Shown here: positions 1-14,000 of the stretch, one piece after another
Position numbering within the stretch: position 1 is the first letter of the stretch
How the letters are laid out: the number at the start of each line of letters is the position of its first letter
DNA from: Hemiscyllium ocellatum
Lineage: Eukaryota
Assembly: GCF_020745735.1 (NCBI RefSeq)
Contig: NC_083445.1
Span: 8,866,001 to 8,930,000, forward strand
DNA length: 64,000 bases
Reading direction: 5' to 3'
Notes under the pieces: generated by a model
Database searches by the model: none
What the model was told of the DNA's origin: nothing
Seen by the model: only the letters and a program-made list of their open reading frames with translations
Position numbers and translations under genes: made by a program

Positions 1-279
1 AGGGACAATCAATACTTTTTCAGTAAGTGAGTGATTCAAGTCTGAAATTAACTACCTGAAAATATGATGGAGGCAAGTTCAGTTGAGATATTCAGGTGGG
101 AATTGGGATTACTATCCGAAAAGGAAGAATGCCAAGTTGTATGGGGAGAAAATGGGCATGGCACTGTGTGAGCTATCCTTTCTGAGCCAGCAGAGACACT
201 ACTGGCCTCCAATTAGACATTAAAATCGGAATCTGTAACTTATGCAGTACCTATGATGGCTGCAATTATTGGGTGCGAT

Positions 280-1170
280 TCATCTCAGTCCATCATTTCT
301 GCAAGAGCTCCTCAGGATAGTGTCCCTCGGTCCAACCATCTTCAGCTGCTTCACGAATAAACTTTCCTCCATGAAAAAGGTTTGAAGTGGGGATGCTCAT
401 TATGCAATCATTATTGTTCTGCACCATTCGTGACTCCTCAGATATTAAAGCCATCCGTCAATCTATATAGCAAGACGTGGACAGTATTCAGGTGGTAAGT
501 GGCAAGTAACATGCACACAAACGTCAGGCAATGACCATCTCCATTAACAGAAAAACTAATTATTTTTCCACAACCTTCAATGGCACTATGTCACTAATTA
601 CCCCACGATCAACATCCTAGAGATTACTATTGAGCAGAAACTGAAATGGACCAGCCATGTAAACACTGTAGCTACAAATGTAGCTCACAGGCTAAAAGGT
701 TCTGTGGTACTTCTAACTCCCGAGAGATTGTCCACTATTTGCAAGGCACAAGTCAGGAGCATGATAAAATAATTGCCTTGACGTGTGCAACTTCAACAAC
801 ACATGAGTACAAAACCATCCAGTACAAAGTAGCCTATTTTACTGGCATCCCATCCAACATGATCATTATCCATTCCTATCATCACCAATGCAGAGGGCAG
901 CAGTGTATCTGTAGTAACTCACCAACGCTTCAATGACAGCATCTTCCAAATCCATGACGTCTACCATCTGGAGGGTCAAGGGCATCACCACCTGCAAGTT
1001 CCCCTCTAAGTCATACAACATCCCGACTTGGATCTAAATCTTTGTTCCTTCTCTGTTGCTGGGTCAAAGTTGTGGAAATAGACTGCAGCATTTCAAGGAA
1101 GCAGCTCACCAATACATTCTCCACAGCAATTAAGGATTGCACAGAAATGCCGATTTACCCAGCATGTAAT
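280..1170 (+). mobile_element. Old CR1/L2-clade LINE 3' fragment (RT remnant plus 3'UTR)
   Basis: Decayed PQ.SVLGPTIFSCF RT motif near 305-355. Its 3' tail gcagctcacc...gcaattaagga is shared with other copies (1280-1440, 12690-12790, 35478-36000, 38230-38560, 43660-43880). Confidence 0.7.
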
Positions 1171-1753
1171 GCAGGAATTAACAACAGGATCCCAACTATT
1201 CAGGGGCAATAATTACTTTGGGGTTTCAGCAATTATATTCACATTAGATCTGAGCATGGTGGGTCCCAATCTATGACCTGCACTAAATTGTTTATTTGTT
1301 CATTGGACACAGGTGTCACTGACTAGGTTAACATTTAGTGCAATTCCTTAATTATCCTAGAGAAAGTGGTGGTGAGCCACTGTCTTGAAATGATACCATT
1401 CTGGAGATGTAGGTATACACACACAGTGCTGTAAATCCATTTGCAATGGACAGTGGATTAGCATTCAACAGAAACTTAATTGTTGAAGCAGAATTGATTT
1501 AAAAGCTTGGTAAAAAATGGAACACCCTACTAAAACTAGGAGGTGGAAGCACAATCTGAGGATTATGAAACAAATAATGTTTTAGATTTAGAAATTTGGA
1601 AGGCCACAGTCAGGGATGGAGAAAGAGAGCTAAGATGGAAATCAAATTTGATCATTTTCAAGGGATTAATAATAGGTGTCTTTAACCAAACTGTTGTCTT
1701 CCATGCTGTAAAATTCTGTAACGCTGCTTATGTCTAGCATAATATCCAGTCAC

Positions 1754-1926
1754 TACCTTTGATTGAGATTTGTAGCTCAGGTAAGTTAGCTTGCTGAGCT
1801 TGAATGGAGAGGCACGATATACCACCAGCACTTCACCAAAGACTCTCACTGAGGTAACCTAGTATGGTGACGAAACATCTGAAAACAAGTTCAGCGAGCT
1901 AACTTACATATTTACCTTTGATTGAG
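1754..1926 (+). mobile_element. Short Penelope-derived insertion with inverted 5' end and 14-bp TSD
   Basis: TACCTTTGATTGAG at 1754-1767 and 1913-1926; 1781-1800 is the reverse complement of 1888-1907; decayed ctga..gtaacc-ggtgac-gaaac hammerhead-like motif. Confidence 0.65.
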
Positions 1927-3359
1927 TTTGTAAGACTTCCCACAGAGGCAGATGCAAATGGAAAATGTGGTGATCCTTTCTTTCAGGAGACAGGCTTGGT
2001 CCAATAATGGAAGATTCTGATTTACAACTGCTATGTTTGGCCTATGTCAGTAAAGGTGAGCAACTTCAAAACATTAGAAACCAAGGAATCATCACTGCTC
2101 CCACATTCTTCTGTGAAGTGGAATGGTTGCTCTCAGAAGCGTCTCTGTAACACAATATAACAAGCCAAGTTGCTAGCTCCAAGTGCCCTTCTTGCATTTT
2201 TATTTTTAAAAACACAGTAGCCTGAAATAATTATATATTTCAAGAGTTTTAATTCATTTAGTCGCCATCTCCATCCCAGAAATTATTGTAAACAATACAA
2301 TAAAGTTTGCCCTTGTACAATTTAAACTGAACTCAAACAATATTAATAACAATTAGTGTTACTACTTTAAAAAGATAGCTTTTCTCTATAATTTTCTTTC
2401 TTCTGCTGATAGTTAGGGTCTGGTCATACAGTTGGTAACTTCCAGTATCTCGCCCTTATCACTGCTTTTTGCAGGGTCACAAGCTATCAATTCATTGAAG
2501 TACATTCTGCTCACTCGTCACCCACAAATGTGTATCTTCCAACCATGCTCAGACACCCTACAAACAGTTCAGGAGTAGGAATCCCAGGTAAATTTCTCTT
2601 TACCAGACCTACCTTCAGATACTAAATATTGGACCACCTCCCTTAAATGGGATGGATTCTGTCAAGTCAATATAGATTGGGAACCACTGACATATACTAC
2701 TCAACCACATGGCATACATTTGGAATCAAATGAGCTATTGGAGGCGACCAAAAGGTCACTCTGCAGAAAAGCACTTTGGGGGATGGGCTTTAAATTAAAA
2801 TATAGGATTAATTTCAAATCCATGAGTTGTGTTTGTTGTTTGTGAGCAGGTTGTTTTTCTTATCTAAAAAAAGCATTCTGGGTTATGTATTCTTCCCTCC
2901 ATCTCTCTGCCCATCTTTCTTTAATGAGAGTTGGTTAGTTAAAACTCGAGGAACTGTCTGTTTAGTTAATGGGAAGTGTCTGTTGCAGAGTAGATAATTG
3001 TCTAAAGTGAACAGAAAGCAGGTGATGATTGCCCTAGTCCTTTTAAATAAGCTTGTCTTTCCCACCAGAGTTTCCGGAACATTAAAACACAAACTCGATC
3101 TATTGTACCATTTTCAGATCACTGACTGGAGCAAAGTGGATCTGTCATTCAACATGCAGTCCTCGATATGGGAGGGAAATAAAACACACAATTTGCAGTC
3201 ACCGAGTAGTGTATGGCATCTGTAGTATTTAGTCTGCATTTTGACTTCAACGACAGTCTCAGAATTATGCATTCAAGACAACTCATCACAGTCTTCACAA
3301 ACTATTAAAAAACAATTTCAGTACTTGTGTGTGGTGAAACCACCATGAATAATTAGGTA

Positions 3360-3365
3360 TTTATT
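3360..3365 (-). terminator. Probable GET3 polyadenylation signal AATAAA (3'UTR ~1.55 kb)
   Basis: tttatt on +; U/GU-rich tract follows on the minus strand; first canonical hexamer I found after the stop. Confidence 0.6.
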
Positions 3366-4916
3366 GAATTTGTTCCCCCACATTAAAAATGCCCCCATTC
3401 AAATAAAAGGTGTTGATTGTCAGGTGGACACCATGCACAGTTTAGACAGCATTCTGTACTAAGTGGTCACTTTCAGGTGTCAGGCCAACAAGCAATTTCC
3501 AAATACTCATCAGCCCAGGAGAATACAGACAAGGACAAGCAGCAGGAACCATAGCTAGTCTTGTCCACTCCTGCCCTGGCAAACATCACCACTTTGACCT
3601 CTGTACTTTGCCCACCATTTGATCTTCCTGCTCCATAATGGCTCATTATGGTAAACTAGGTGAGCCATTTCACAGATGCAAAGGTTCAGTCAGAAAGTAT
3701 AAACAGTCCAATCCCACCCCTCACCCCAAATTCAGGGAAGAGGCTCCAGACCAACTCCCATCTGGCCCAGAGTCGAACCATGAACAGTGTTAAAGAAAAC
3801 AACGGCTACAAGGGAATCTGCAAACAGACCCAATGCAACAAAAGGGACAGGTTTCAAAAATACCAAGTGTGCATAGGCTCTTCATAGCCCATTCTCTTCA
3901 TTAAGATCCTTTCCAAGTTGGAGAAGATCCCATAAAGCACGGAGAGCATTCAAAGCAGCATATCAACACAGGTAAAATCTTAGGTAAGTGTTAAATCAAA
4001 TCTGATGCCTGACAACACCAGAACAAGCAATGCCAGATAAGTTTTTAAACCTAATGCACCGTTTTAAGTATTTTGTCAGTGGTCAGGATGCGAGTAGCTT
4101 TCTCATATAACCCACGTTCTGAAAAAGACAGAAGATGTATTTGGTGTGCTCACCTCATGGATAGGTGAGTGAAATAAGGAAGACTCTAATGAAATACTTG
4201 TAAGATATATGAAATGTTGAATTGGTCTCAAAAATGTGAACTTATTGCCTAATATTGGGCAGCTGGCTCACATTCACATAAATAATGAACAACTTCAATT
4301 GCTGCAGAGATGAAACCTGGAGTTATATGAGAGTAGCTTGCTTGTGTCTAAGTGTTTAATGAGCCAGTTTCATAACACTATTTTTAGATAGCAGCATCTG
4401 TGGAAAGGAATGAGGCAGGGGTGGGGAGTAGGAAAGGGGTCACTGTTGCTTCCTAATATAATTGTTGCTCCTATAGTAAACCAATCACTTCATTTTGAGG
4501 TGTTCAACTGGAGAAGCAGCAACCGCAACTGAACCACTACTGGAAGGAGGATTACAGAAAATGCATTGGGTCCTCAAGACATCGGGTCACTTGAGAGGGG
4601 ACAGAAAATCATTAACAGGAGGGGAAGAGTTTGAAGCTCAAAAGCCATTTTCTTTTTAAGTGGTTAATCACAGAATAAAGCTGTAGATACATAATGCTCT
4701 ATTCTACAACTTTGACATAACGTCTTGAGATCACATATAGGCAATGCAAAATCACCTCCTTAAAAGTTACAATAACCAGAAATCAAAAATTGATCAAAAA
4801 CAATAAATAACATCCAGGCATCCCCTCCCCAACTCCTTCCTACAAACATAGTGTTAATAAATTACAAATCTTGGATCTCTTTGCCTCAGTTTTGAAACGG
4901 AATGAGGGAAGTCTGT

Positions 4917-5045
4917 TCATTTACTAGGTGGCTTGTAAGGCTCAAGCAGGAGTTTAGAGAAAGTATTGACTTTGTCAGTGCCCCTGACTTCATGAGGTAA
5001 CAATGGGAGCTTCACAATGTGGAAATCTTCATACAAATCTTCCAT
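4917..5045 (-). CDS. GET3: GET3 exon 7 coding part ([42 protein letters not shown])
   Basis: Acceptor ttctttcAG, stop TGA at 4919-4917. Confidence 0.97.
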   Translation of the reverse strand: MEDLYEDFHIVKLPLLPHEVRGTDKVNTFSKLLLEPYKPPSK

Positions 5046-8000
5046 CTGAAAGAAAAACAGACAGAGACAAACTAAAGTAATCTTATTGACAAAAAGAACA
5101 TGAGGTGCAAATGATGAACTACCCCTTAGTGGGAAAATTGGATATGCACTCGACACACTAAAGTGCCAGTCGAGCAATAGTTACTGAGAAACTATTAAAA
5201 ATTCATAACAAGAGGACACAATTACTGTTCCCTCTAAGCTGTGCAGCCGCTCAGAAATCAGAAAGCCTCCATGCAGACCGCAAACATGTCGGTGCCTTTA
5301 AGTTACCTTACACATAGAGCCATGCAAAAAGATTTAAAGAGACCACATTCTGACGCAAATCACCCACAATCTTAAAACAAGTTTGAGGAACCACCTTCAA
5401 AGGTCTTGGGGCATTTGTTTGCAACAGATGGGTGGGGTAATTTGAAACTCCTCCTGAGTTATTTGAAATTTTCAAAAGGGATTTTGAAAGCAAGGACATC
5501 AAGAGAATAGGTCAAAGAGGGGGTTAGAGTTTAACTACAAAACAGCTACAATCTGACTAAATGATCAAACACACTGAAGAAACTGAACAGCCAAGTCCTT
5601 TTTCTAGAAAGTATTTGATGTGGGTAGTGTTGGCTAGCCCAGGATTTATTGCTCATCCCTGATGGCCTTTATCTGAATTCAAGGAAGAGCCATCTACATT
5701 TCTGCATCTCAAGGCACATGTAGACCAAACCAGATAAGAATACCAGATTTCCTTAAGTGAACAAGGTGCTTTTTTAAAAACTCTGATAACTTTCATGATC
5801 ACCATTACAGACACCAGCTTTCTATTCCAAATTTATTAATGAATCAATTTGTTAATCTCACCAGCTACAGCGGTGGGATCTGAACCCATGGCATCAAAAC
5901 ATTCAAATAAGAGGGTCACAGAACACAAAACATGAACTTTGCTTTGGTCTCCATACATGCTATCAGACCTGTTGAGCTTCTCCAGCAATTTCTGTTTATG
6001 TCCTCAGACATAAGCCTGAACCTGTGAATTACTGCTAACATGACCATGAATGGTTCCTTGAAGCTGTGTGCCTGGACAGCTACTCAGAGTCTGGCACACA
6101 TCCATCAGTGTGAGGACTCAATGACTTTCAGTTCCAGAAATCACTGGCATACACTGACCTTGGAGGTGCAGACAGCAGCAGTGAAAATTAGAAAGGAACA
6201 TAGGGAGATGCTGGCATAGCGGTAAGCTAACATTAATGTTCCTATCTCTTAATTGCACCTCATTTCAAATGAATAATCCAAAATGAGCTCAAACCCAGAA
6301 TGCATTAAACAAATACCTGATCCAATTCAAGCATGAGGCTAATATTGCTGGTCATATGGTGGCTGGTCACATTTGCTGTGCAAAATACAAACAAAATAGA
6401 AAGTTCATGCCATTATAACATTACCTGGTCTAGATATTTGGATTGGATTTTGTGTCGAGCCTCACACATCTTACACGGTTTCTCCCCAGGGTCTGGAAAT
6501 ACTAGTTGGTTTACTATTATGTTGTGGCTGTCAATCTTACACTTGGCCAACTCTTGAATTAGTCGTTCAGTCTCATATAAGGACAGAAACTCAGCAATGC
6601 AAACACAGATGAAGGTGGTCTGCTCCTGTGAAAAGGCCAGAAAACAGATTAAGTAGATAACGGTCATCTTGGAGTTCATCCAACAGTGGCAATTGCAGTA
6701 AAAGCATCAGCTTTGGTTTCACACTTCCTTTCACTTTGTCCTAACTTTCTCCAGTATTCCTCTCATTGTCTCATTCAATAGCAAAAATATCCATGACTCA
6801 AGGCAGCTATGACTCCACACCAGGATTTCAGAACAGGTTCTGGGCCTTTGCTTCTGTGCAGTACTAGGAGACTGTTGCAGTATCGGAAGTGATTGCCTCC
6901 CAGAATGATAAATTTAAAGCACAAATTAACAATTCATTCAATTTGTCCAGGTAATGCCAATTATTAGAGCATCGCTGCTAAGGAGGTATACAGGGGAACC
7001 TCGATTATCTGAACATGATGGCGGGCACTATTTCGCTCAGATAATAAATTATTCAGTTAATTGATTAAATGCCTTTCCTCTGGGGTACGGAGTTTTTAAA
7101 AGTCTGCTCCCCGTTCATGAGACTGCAAAAGCACAAAAAGCCCCGCTCCTCCCTCCCCCCCCAAATTGCATGCGCGCGCGCACACACCTTTTTTGACAGG
7201 TTCCACTTTTGCCCTGTACAGGACAATGTTGAAGAGATTATCTGGGGAAGGGAGCATGCGAGAGGGGGCACGAGAGGGCAGTCAGTCATTTGGAGACGAT
7301 GCCTGCGTAATCACTGGAAACAAAAGACGCGATGACTGTTGGAAACGCGTCATTAATGTAATGTTTCCATCAGGACCTCTAGATCTCCTTCGGATAATCC
7401 AATTTTTGAATAATTGGTATTCAGATAATCAAAGTTCCTCTGTAGTACTGGACCAGCAAACCAGAGTTCACAAATTCCAGAATCAGTGGACTAGCATGAG
7501 ATTTATTGAAAAGAAAAAAGGGTTCAGTGACTGCTATGATCTTTCACACTGCAGTTTAATCTCAATACTACCAAGTCAATGACAACTTCAGTTAAACCAT
7601 TAGTCCTCATGTCAGTACTGGTCTTCAAACAAAGGAGAACAAAAAAAGTGATAATTACCGGGTCTTTAAACTGTTCACTGACTGAACGAATGACAGGTAA
7701 GGTTTCTTCTAGCTTTGAAGCAAGTTGATCTGCATTCATGTCACCAAGTCCAAGCATACTGCACATCTGAAATGTTAGCAATGATTAAATAAATAGTTTG
7801 ACTGCACAACCAGTAGAAAGATGACACAGACCGACCAACAATTCAAGTACTAATTATTTGAAGTTAAATGTTTGCGGAACATCTCAGAGATTTTTTAAAA
7901 TTTAAAAGGTCAATGCACTTACACAGAAAGTACCTTAGTTCATTCTATTCCAAAACTACATGCTTTAACATTAAAATGCTAATAATCCAAATGCACACTA

Positions 8001-11000
8001 AGTATGGAAAACCTGTGAACAATATGAAGATTTATCACACCAGTGATTCACCAACATGCATATCAAGACTTTCCATATGTAGCAGCTGCTCAGCTTAACT
8101 GGAATAGACTGGCTGTTTGTCAACTGGGAGAAGACCTAGTCCACCTGCTGTATAATGGAGTATTCCCTGTTTAGGTTGTGCAATTTAGAAGAGTAATATA
8201 CAACTTGATTGAAGCAGATAGTAACCAGAGGGGTATTGACAGGATTGATTTGGAAGAGATGTTTGCTCTTGTGGGGGAATCTAGAGCTTGGGGTCACCAT
8301 TTAAAAATAAGCGACTCCCAATTTAAAACAGACACAGGAGAAACTCTCAGAGGACCATGAATCTTTGGTTCACTCGCCCTCAAAAGGGGGTGAAAGCAGG
8401 GTCTTCGAATATCTTTAAGGCAGATCTAAATAGATTCTTGAAAAGCATGGGACTGACAGGTTAGGCAGGAATGTGGAGCAACCAGATCTAGGTTAGCTTA
8501 TTGAATTGCAGAGCTGGCTCAAAGGGCCAAAATGTCTATTCCTGCTCCTAATTCCTATGCTCATTTGTCAAATATATGCAGATTTCAAAGCAATGGCCAC
8601 GCTTTACAACATGAACACATACAACTTAAAAACAAACTTTTGGGCGACCCCATAATCAAACAGTGCCTCAGGGACTGAATTGAAATTATGCTTAAAATAC
8701 ATAAACAATGAATAAATGTTGCTCTATTTCCTTCCTTCTGATCTTATTCCTTTCTTTGTGCTTCACCATTTCCACTTGTGCAGTAACCTCCTATTATTTT
8801 GAAGTGGCAGTTCCCGACATGTAAACATGAAGTAATTGTTGGTAGGCTATTTGATCATAGGAAAAATATTCTACACTTGCAAGCATTACAAAGTTGCCAA
8901 CACTGGATAGCACAAGGAGCAGAAATGCTGTCCAATTTCACTTTCAATCTCTTCTTAGTCCATTGGCATCAAAAATACTACAAAAGGTGCATTTTGCACC
9001 AATGACAGAGCAATTAGAATCCCAATCTTAGCACCAATTTACTGTCAATATATTGTCTAAACTTTTCCAGAGCAAATTAAGTAATTGGCTTATGCTACCT
9101 GGGAAATGAAAGGGCTGATCTGGTTTTTAATTTGCATCAGTCGCCCAAGTCCCCTCTCAACGATAGTCGGAAAGTTCAGAAGTCGTAACGTATGCCCTGT
9201 TGGTGCTGTGTCAAACACTACCACTGAGAAATTCATGCCTTTCACCAACCTGTAAAAACACAAAATTATTTAACAAAAGGATATTAAAAACTACCTACAG
9301 CAAATGCATTCTTGGAACCTTGTTCCCCTGCGAACCAGTGCCCACCAATTTTATATGCTTGAACAACTTAATTTGACAGAGGTTTGGGAACCTTACCAAT
9401 GTTAGAATTCCATAAAAGCATGTTTTTAAAGTGGATCAAAACGTGAAGACTCAATGTTGCAATGCTTAAGTTTGTATCAAGCATTTTACATAAATTACAT
9501 GTGAACCAGACAAATGGGATTAGTTTAGTTTGGGAAACTTGGTTGGCATGGACGAGTTGGACCGAAGGGTCTGTTACCATGCTGTATGACTATTAGTATA
9601 GATCAACAAGCAAGTAAAGCCACAATAATTCACTGTGTCACTGATAGGCAAGAACATTGAGAATGGGATCTTAATTAATCTTATATTACATTATGATTAT
9701 ACATCTTTTAAATTTTTCAGAGGCTGTGACCTGGATCTACTAAAATAAATAGTGGGTCGGGGATTCAGTGCGCAATAGGATTTACTTTCTACTGTTTCAC
9801 TTTGTAATCAGATCAGCAAGTACCTCAGTATTAAAACCCCTACTCCAAACAATGCATTTTCAAATTAGATTTGGGTTAATTCAGATCCTCTAAATATAAA
9901 AATGATTAAAAAGGTAACATTTTCAAATCCAAAGTATAGATTTCACAACTGGTAAGAGTTTGAAATATTACATAAATTTACTGTGCAGAAACAGGTTATT
10001 CATCCAAAGTGGTATTTATATTCAACACGAATCCCCTCCCAACATCTAACACTTTCAGCATAACCCTTTTTTCCCCTGTCTCGCAAGCTTCTATTCCTTA
10101 AAGCTTTCCCAAAAATCACAACTGCTCCATGAGATAATGAGTCCAGGTTGTAACTACTCTCTAGGTAAGGATATTATCTTAGCTATGTCATAGTTATCTC
10201 ATACAGTCTCCCAACCACTCCCATGAGCCATCTTAAACAGTTCCAAGGTTTTCTTCTCCATTACTTGATTAGGAAATGCATTTCAATCATTAATCACTCC
10301 CGAAGGCCTTCTTGACAACAGCTTCTGCTAATGTGTTCCCAATACACATCAAGGGGCAAAGTGCATGGGAACCTTTTAAATTCCCAAAGATATTACCATA
10401 TCCAAATGAGATTATTCCATAATTATTGCAGTTCATCAGGCTCAAAAGCATTCACAAGGGACAAAAGATAAATGTAGCAGTTCCACCTCAGTTCTGCTTG
10501 AAAGCCAGGATGCAGGTTCTCCATGCTGGGTCCAATCAAAGCTACATGGGGAAGTCGTGTACACTAATCAACTTCAACTTTCAAAAATAAAAACACTAAA
10601 ACATATCATATGGATTATATGTTACAGATTTAAACAAAACTAGAGAACCTGATTAAATCAGACCACAGAATTAAAGAATAGGTGCAGCAGAGGAGGCAGC
10701 AATTCAGCCTATCATGTCTGTACTGGCTTTCTGAAATGATGCACCTATTGCCATTTCCAATCTTTCTCCCCTATACACTCTTTTCAGATAACAAGCAATT
10801 GCATCTTAAAGCCTCGACTCAACAAGCTTCCACTCTGCTCTCAGGCTGTGCATTAATCCCAACCACTCAACCCCAATCGCTTTAAATCTATGCCTGCCTG
10901 TTCGTGCAACACTGCTCTGAGAAAACCAGACAAAGCAACTTTATGGAAATTGTATAGTTTTATTGCCATTGAACACAGTGATTAATCGTAGGCATATTAG

Positions 11001-14000
11001 AAATTAGTAAACAAAGTTGTTTGGCTGAAAACCAAGAATCATCCAATCAGACAAAGTGTCCGTTGGCTTTCCCATTGGTGTGGCATTTCACAAAGAATAC
11101 CTTTTGATTAAAATAATGCTGTACAACTTTACTTTTGGGTGCAAGTAATTCCTTGAATTTTGATTAAGGGGTGATTTGATGAAAGTACTAAATATAAAAT
11201 AAATCGAATAGCAGAAAGAACTGAACTGCCTGATTTGGAGAGTACAGAATGAGGGGGCACAGTTTTATAACTAGAGCCAGACATTTCAGAAATAAAACCA
11301 TACATACAAAAATGATAGAACACCCTTCTGGAAATAGTAATCAATGCTAGATTAAGTGCTTGTTTAAAAAACAAGATTGATAGACATTTTGCTGAAGTGA
11401 AAGCATTAAGGGATATGAGGCAAAGGTGCATAAATAACGCTAGGTCACCGAATAGTCACCAAATGGCAGGTCAGGCTGGAGGGGCTAAATGATGCTCTTC
11501 TGTCGAAAACATCAAGTTCCTAGGAGTTACAATAATCAACAAACTGTCCTGGTCCTCCACAGCAACACCTCTTCTTCCTCAGGAGACTAAGGAGATTCGG
11601 AATTTCCACAAGGAACCTCACCAACATTTACAGATGCGCCATAGAAAGCATTCTGTCCAGATGCATCAGAGCTTGTGACAGCAAATAATCTGCTGAGGAC
11701 CGTAAGAACTACAAAAAGTTGTGAACATACCCCAGACCATCATGAAAGCCAAACTCCCATCCTCGGACTCCATCTACACTTCTCGTTGCTGCAGAAAGGT
11801 GGCCAACATCAAAGATGCCTACCACACCAGTTATACTCTCTTCCAACCTCTTCTATCAAAGAGTCTCAAACAGAAGATTAAACACACATCCTAATAGGTT
11901 CAACAACAGCTTCTTCCCCACTGTTATTAGACTGCTGAATGGATCTCTCTAATTTCAAATTTAAATGATGATCTTACTTCCACGCACCTCCTGTGCAGTC
12001 ATAACCTTGTATGCCCCACTCTAAATACCCTTTGATCAATATGTCCTTGCATATTATAATCTGCCTGTACTGCACGCAAAACAGAACTTTACACAGTACT
12101 TAGGCATATGCGACAACAATAAATTCTGTTCCCTCCCACATTACCTCATTACTTCAGCATAGCTCATAGCTTCATCGATGCCAGGGAATGCGCTCATTGC
12201 TTCCTGCATCATCTTCTTACCCATGCTTAGCATATTATCTTCCTCAAAAAATTCATCAGGTAATTCCGCCACTCCCAGGCTTGGGTCAATTTCCTGCATG
12301 AGGAAAGGAAGAAGCCGCAAAGTTTCTGCATGTTTATTCTTAAAATCCATGCTCCTGCAGGATTTGAAACTACTGAATTTGGCCCTTGTTCATACAGCGG
12401 GTAAATGAAAATGTTTTATTCCCAGAATTCTAACCTTGTTTTCTCATTCCATTAGCAAGCTACCCCTTTGACAGTTGCAATAACTTCCTTTCATTGTTGC
12501 ATGAAGCAGGAGTAGTTTGAACATAAGGCAATGATCTGAACTTCTTCACCACTTTTAAACATCAAGAAATACACCAAGGCACTTTATAAACTAAGATAAG
12601 AAAGCAGATTTTGACTTGAAAGATAGATTGGGGTAACTGCCATCGTCAATAATCTTGTAACTTGCTCACTAACAAGCATCGTGAATTTACCTACGCCTGA
12701 ATTTTAACAGTTCAAGGCAGCAGCTCACCACCACTTTCTGCAGGATAATTAGGGATGGGTAATAAGTTATACTTACATCCCCTAATTAACATATAGAAAT
12801 ATAAATTCTGTTCGGTTTCTTGACTGCAGTTTGCAGGCCCTCTCCAAAATAGTATACTTTGTCTAGCCACATATGTCTAACTGGATCTTGAACATAATTT
12901 AATAAAATAAAGCACTGCAGACGTTGGAGATCTGACACAAGCAAAACCAGAAACTGTTGGAGAAATTAGCAGGTCTGACAGCATATTTGGAGAGAAAACA
13001 GAGTTAACATTTCGAGTTCTGCCAAGATTTGAAATATTAACTAGGTTTTCTTGGCAAAGGCTATAACAACTGGAAATGGCTTATAAGATGAGCAGAACTA
13101 TTAATGACAAGCAAATACATAGAAATAAGGCCAACACCCCTCAAATGGGAAATTGTAGTCACTGTTTAAAACTTAAAGAGAAAATCAGAAAAAAATGTCT
13201 ACGTTAAAAGTTCTTATTTTTAAACTCCTCCCAACCCGAAACATCATGCTTATAGGTTTGATGGCTGCAATGTTAAGGATTGCTTCATCAGGCTCATCTC
13301 AGCACAGAGCACAAAATGTACCAATCTAAACTTCTGTAACAGATTTAACTGCACTCTCATTAGAAAATCGCTGCAGAACCTTTTACCATTCCTGACTGTT
13401 ACATATGGGATTCCCAATTCCACCAACATTTGTATTATCAGTTATTGACACACCTCACTGTGAGAAGCAAATTATTAGAGCCACACACACAAACATTTAA
13501 TTTGCATATTTATGTTCTCCACAGCTTGTATTTCTACTCACCATAGCAAACAGATTATCATAGCCTTTCACTTTGGTTGGAACTTTTGAGAATTTCTGAT
13601 CAAATGCATCAGAGATGTTATGAGCTGGGTCTGTGGAAATTATCAGCACACTTTCCCGAACATCTGCCAACTGCACAGCCAAACTACAGCTATTTGGAAA
13701 AAAAATTTACAAATTAGATGCCACCTTCTGAAACATTACAAGTGGTCAGTAGGGCAAAAATTTGAAAGAGACATTCCCACCTAGACCTTTCTTCTGCCCC
13801 CACCCATGGCAGATGTAGTTTGCAGTTTGGGACAACATTCAACACTCAGTGATGTGGAAAACAAAATGGAACATGAGAACAGTACAAGTTGCAACTGTCA
13901 CAAATGTATTTGAGATGGAGAGATTTTCCTTAACTCCACTGCTGATATTTCTCGAAACTGTACTGTCTTGAACTCTAATTCTCAGCCAATGGGCTGAGAA

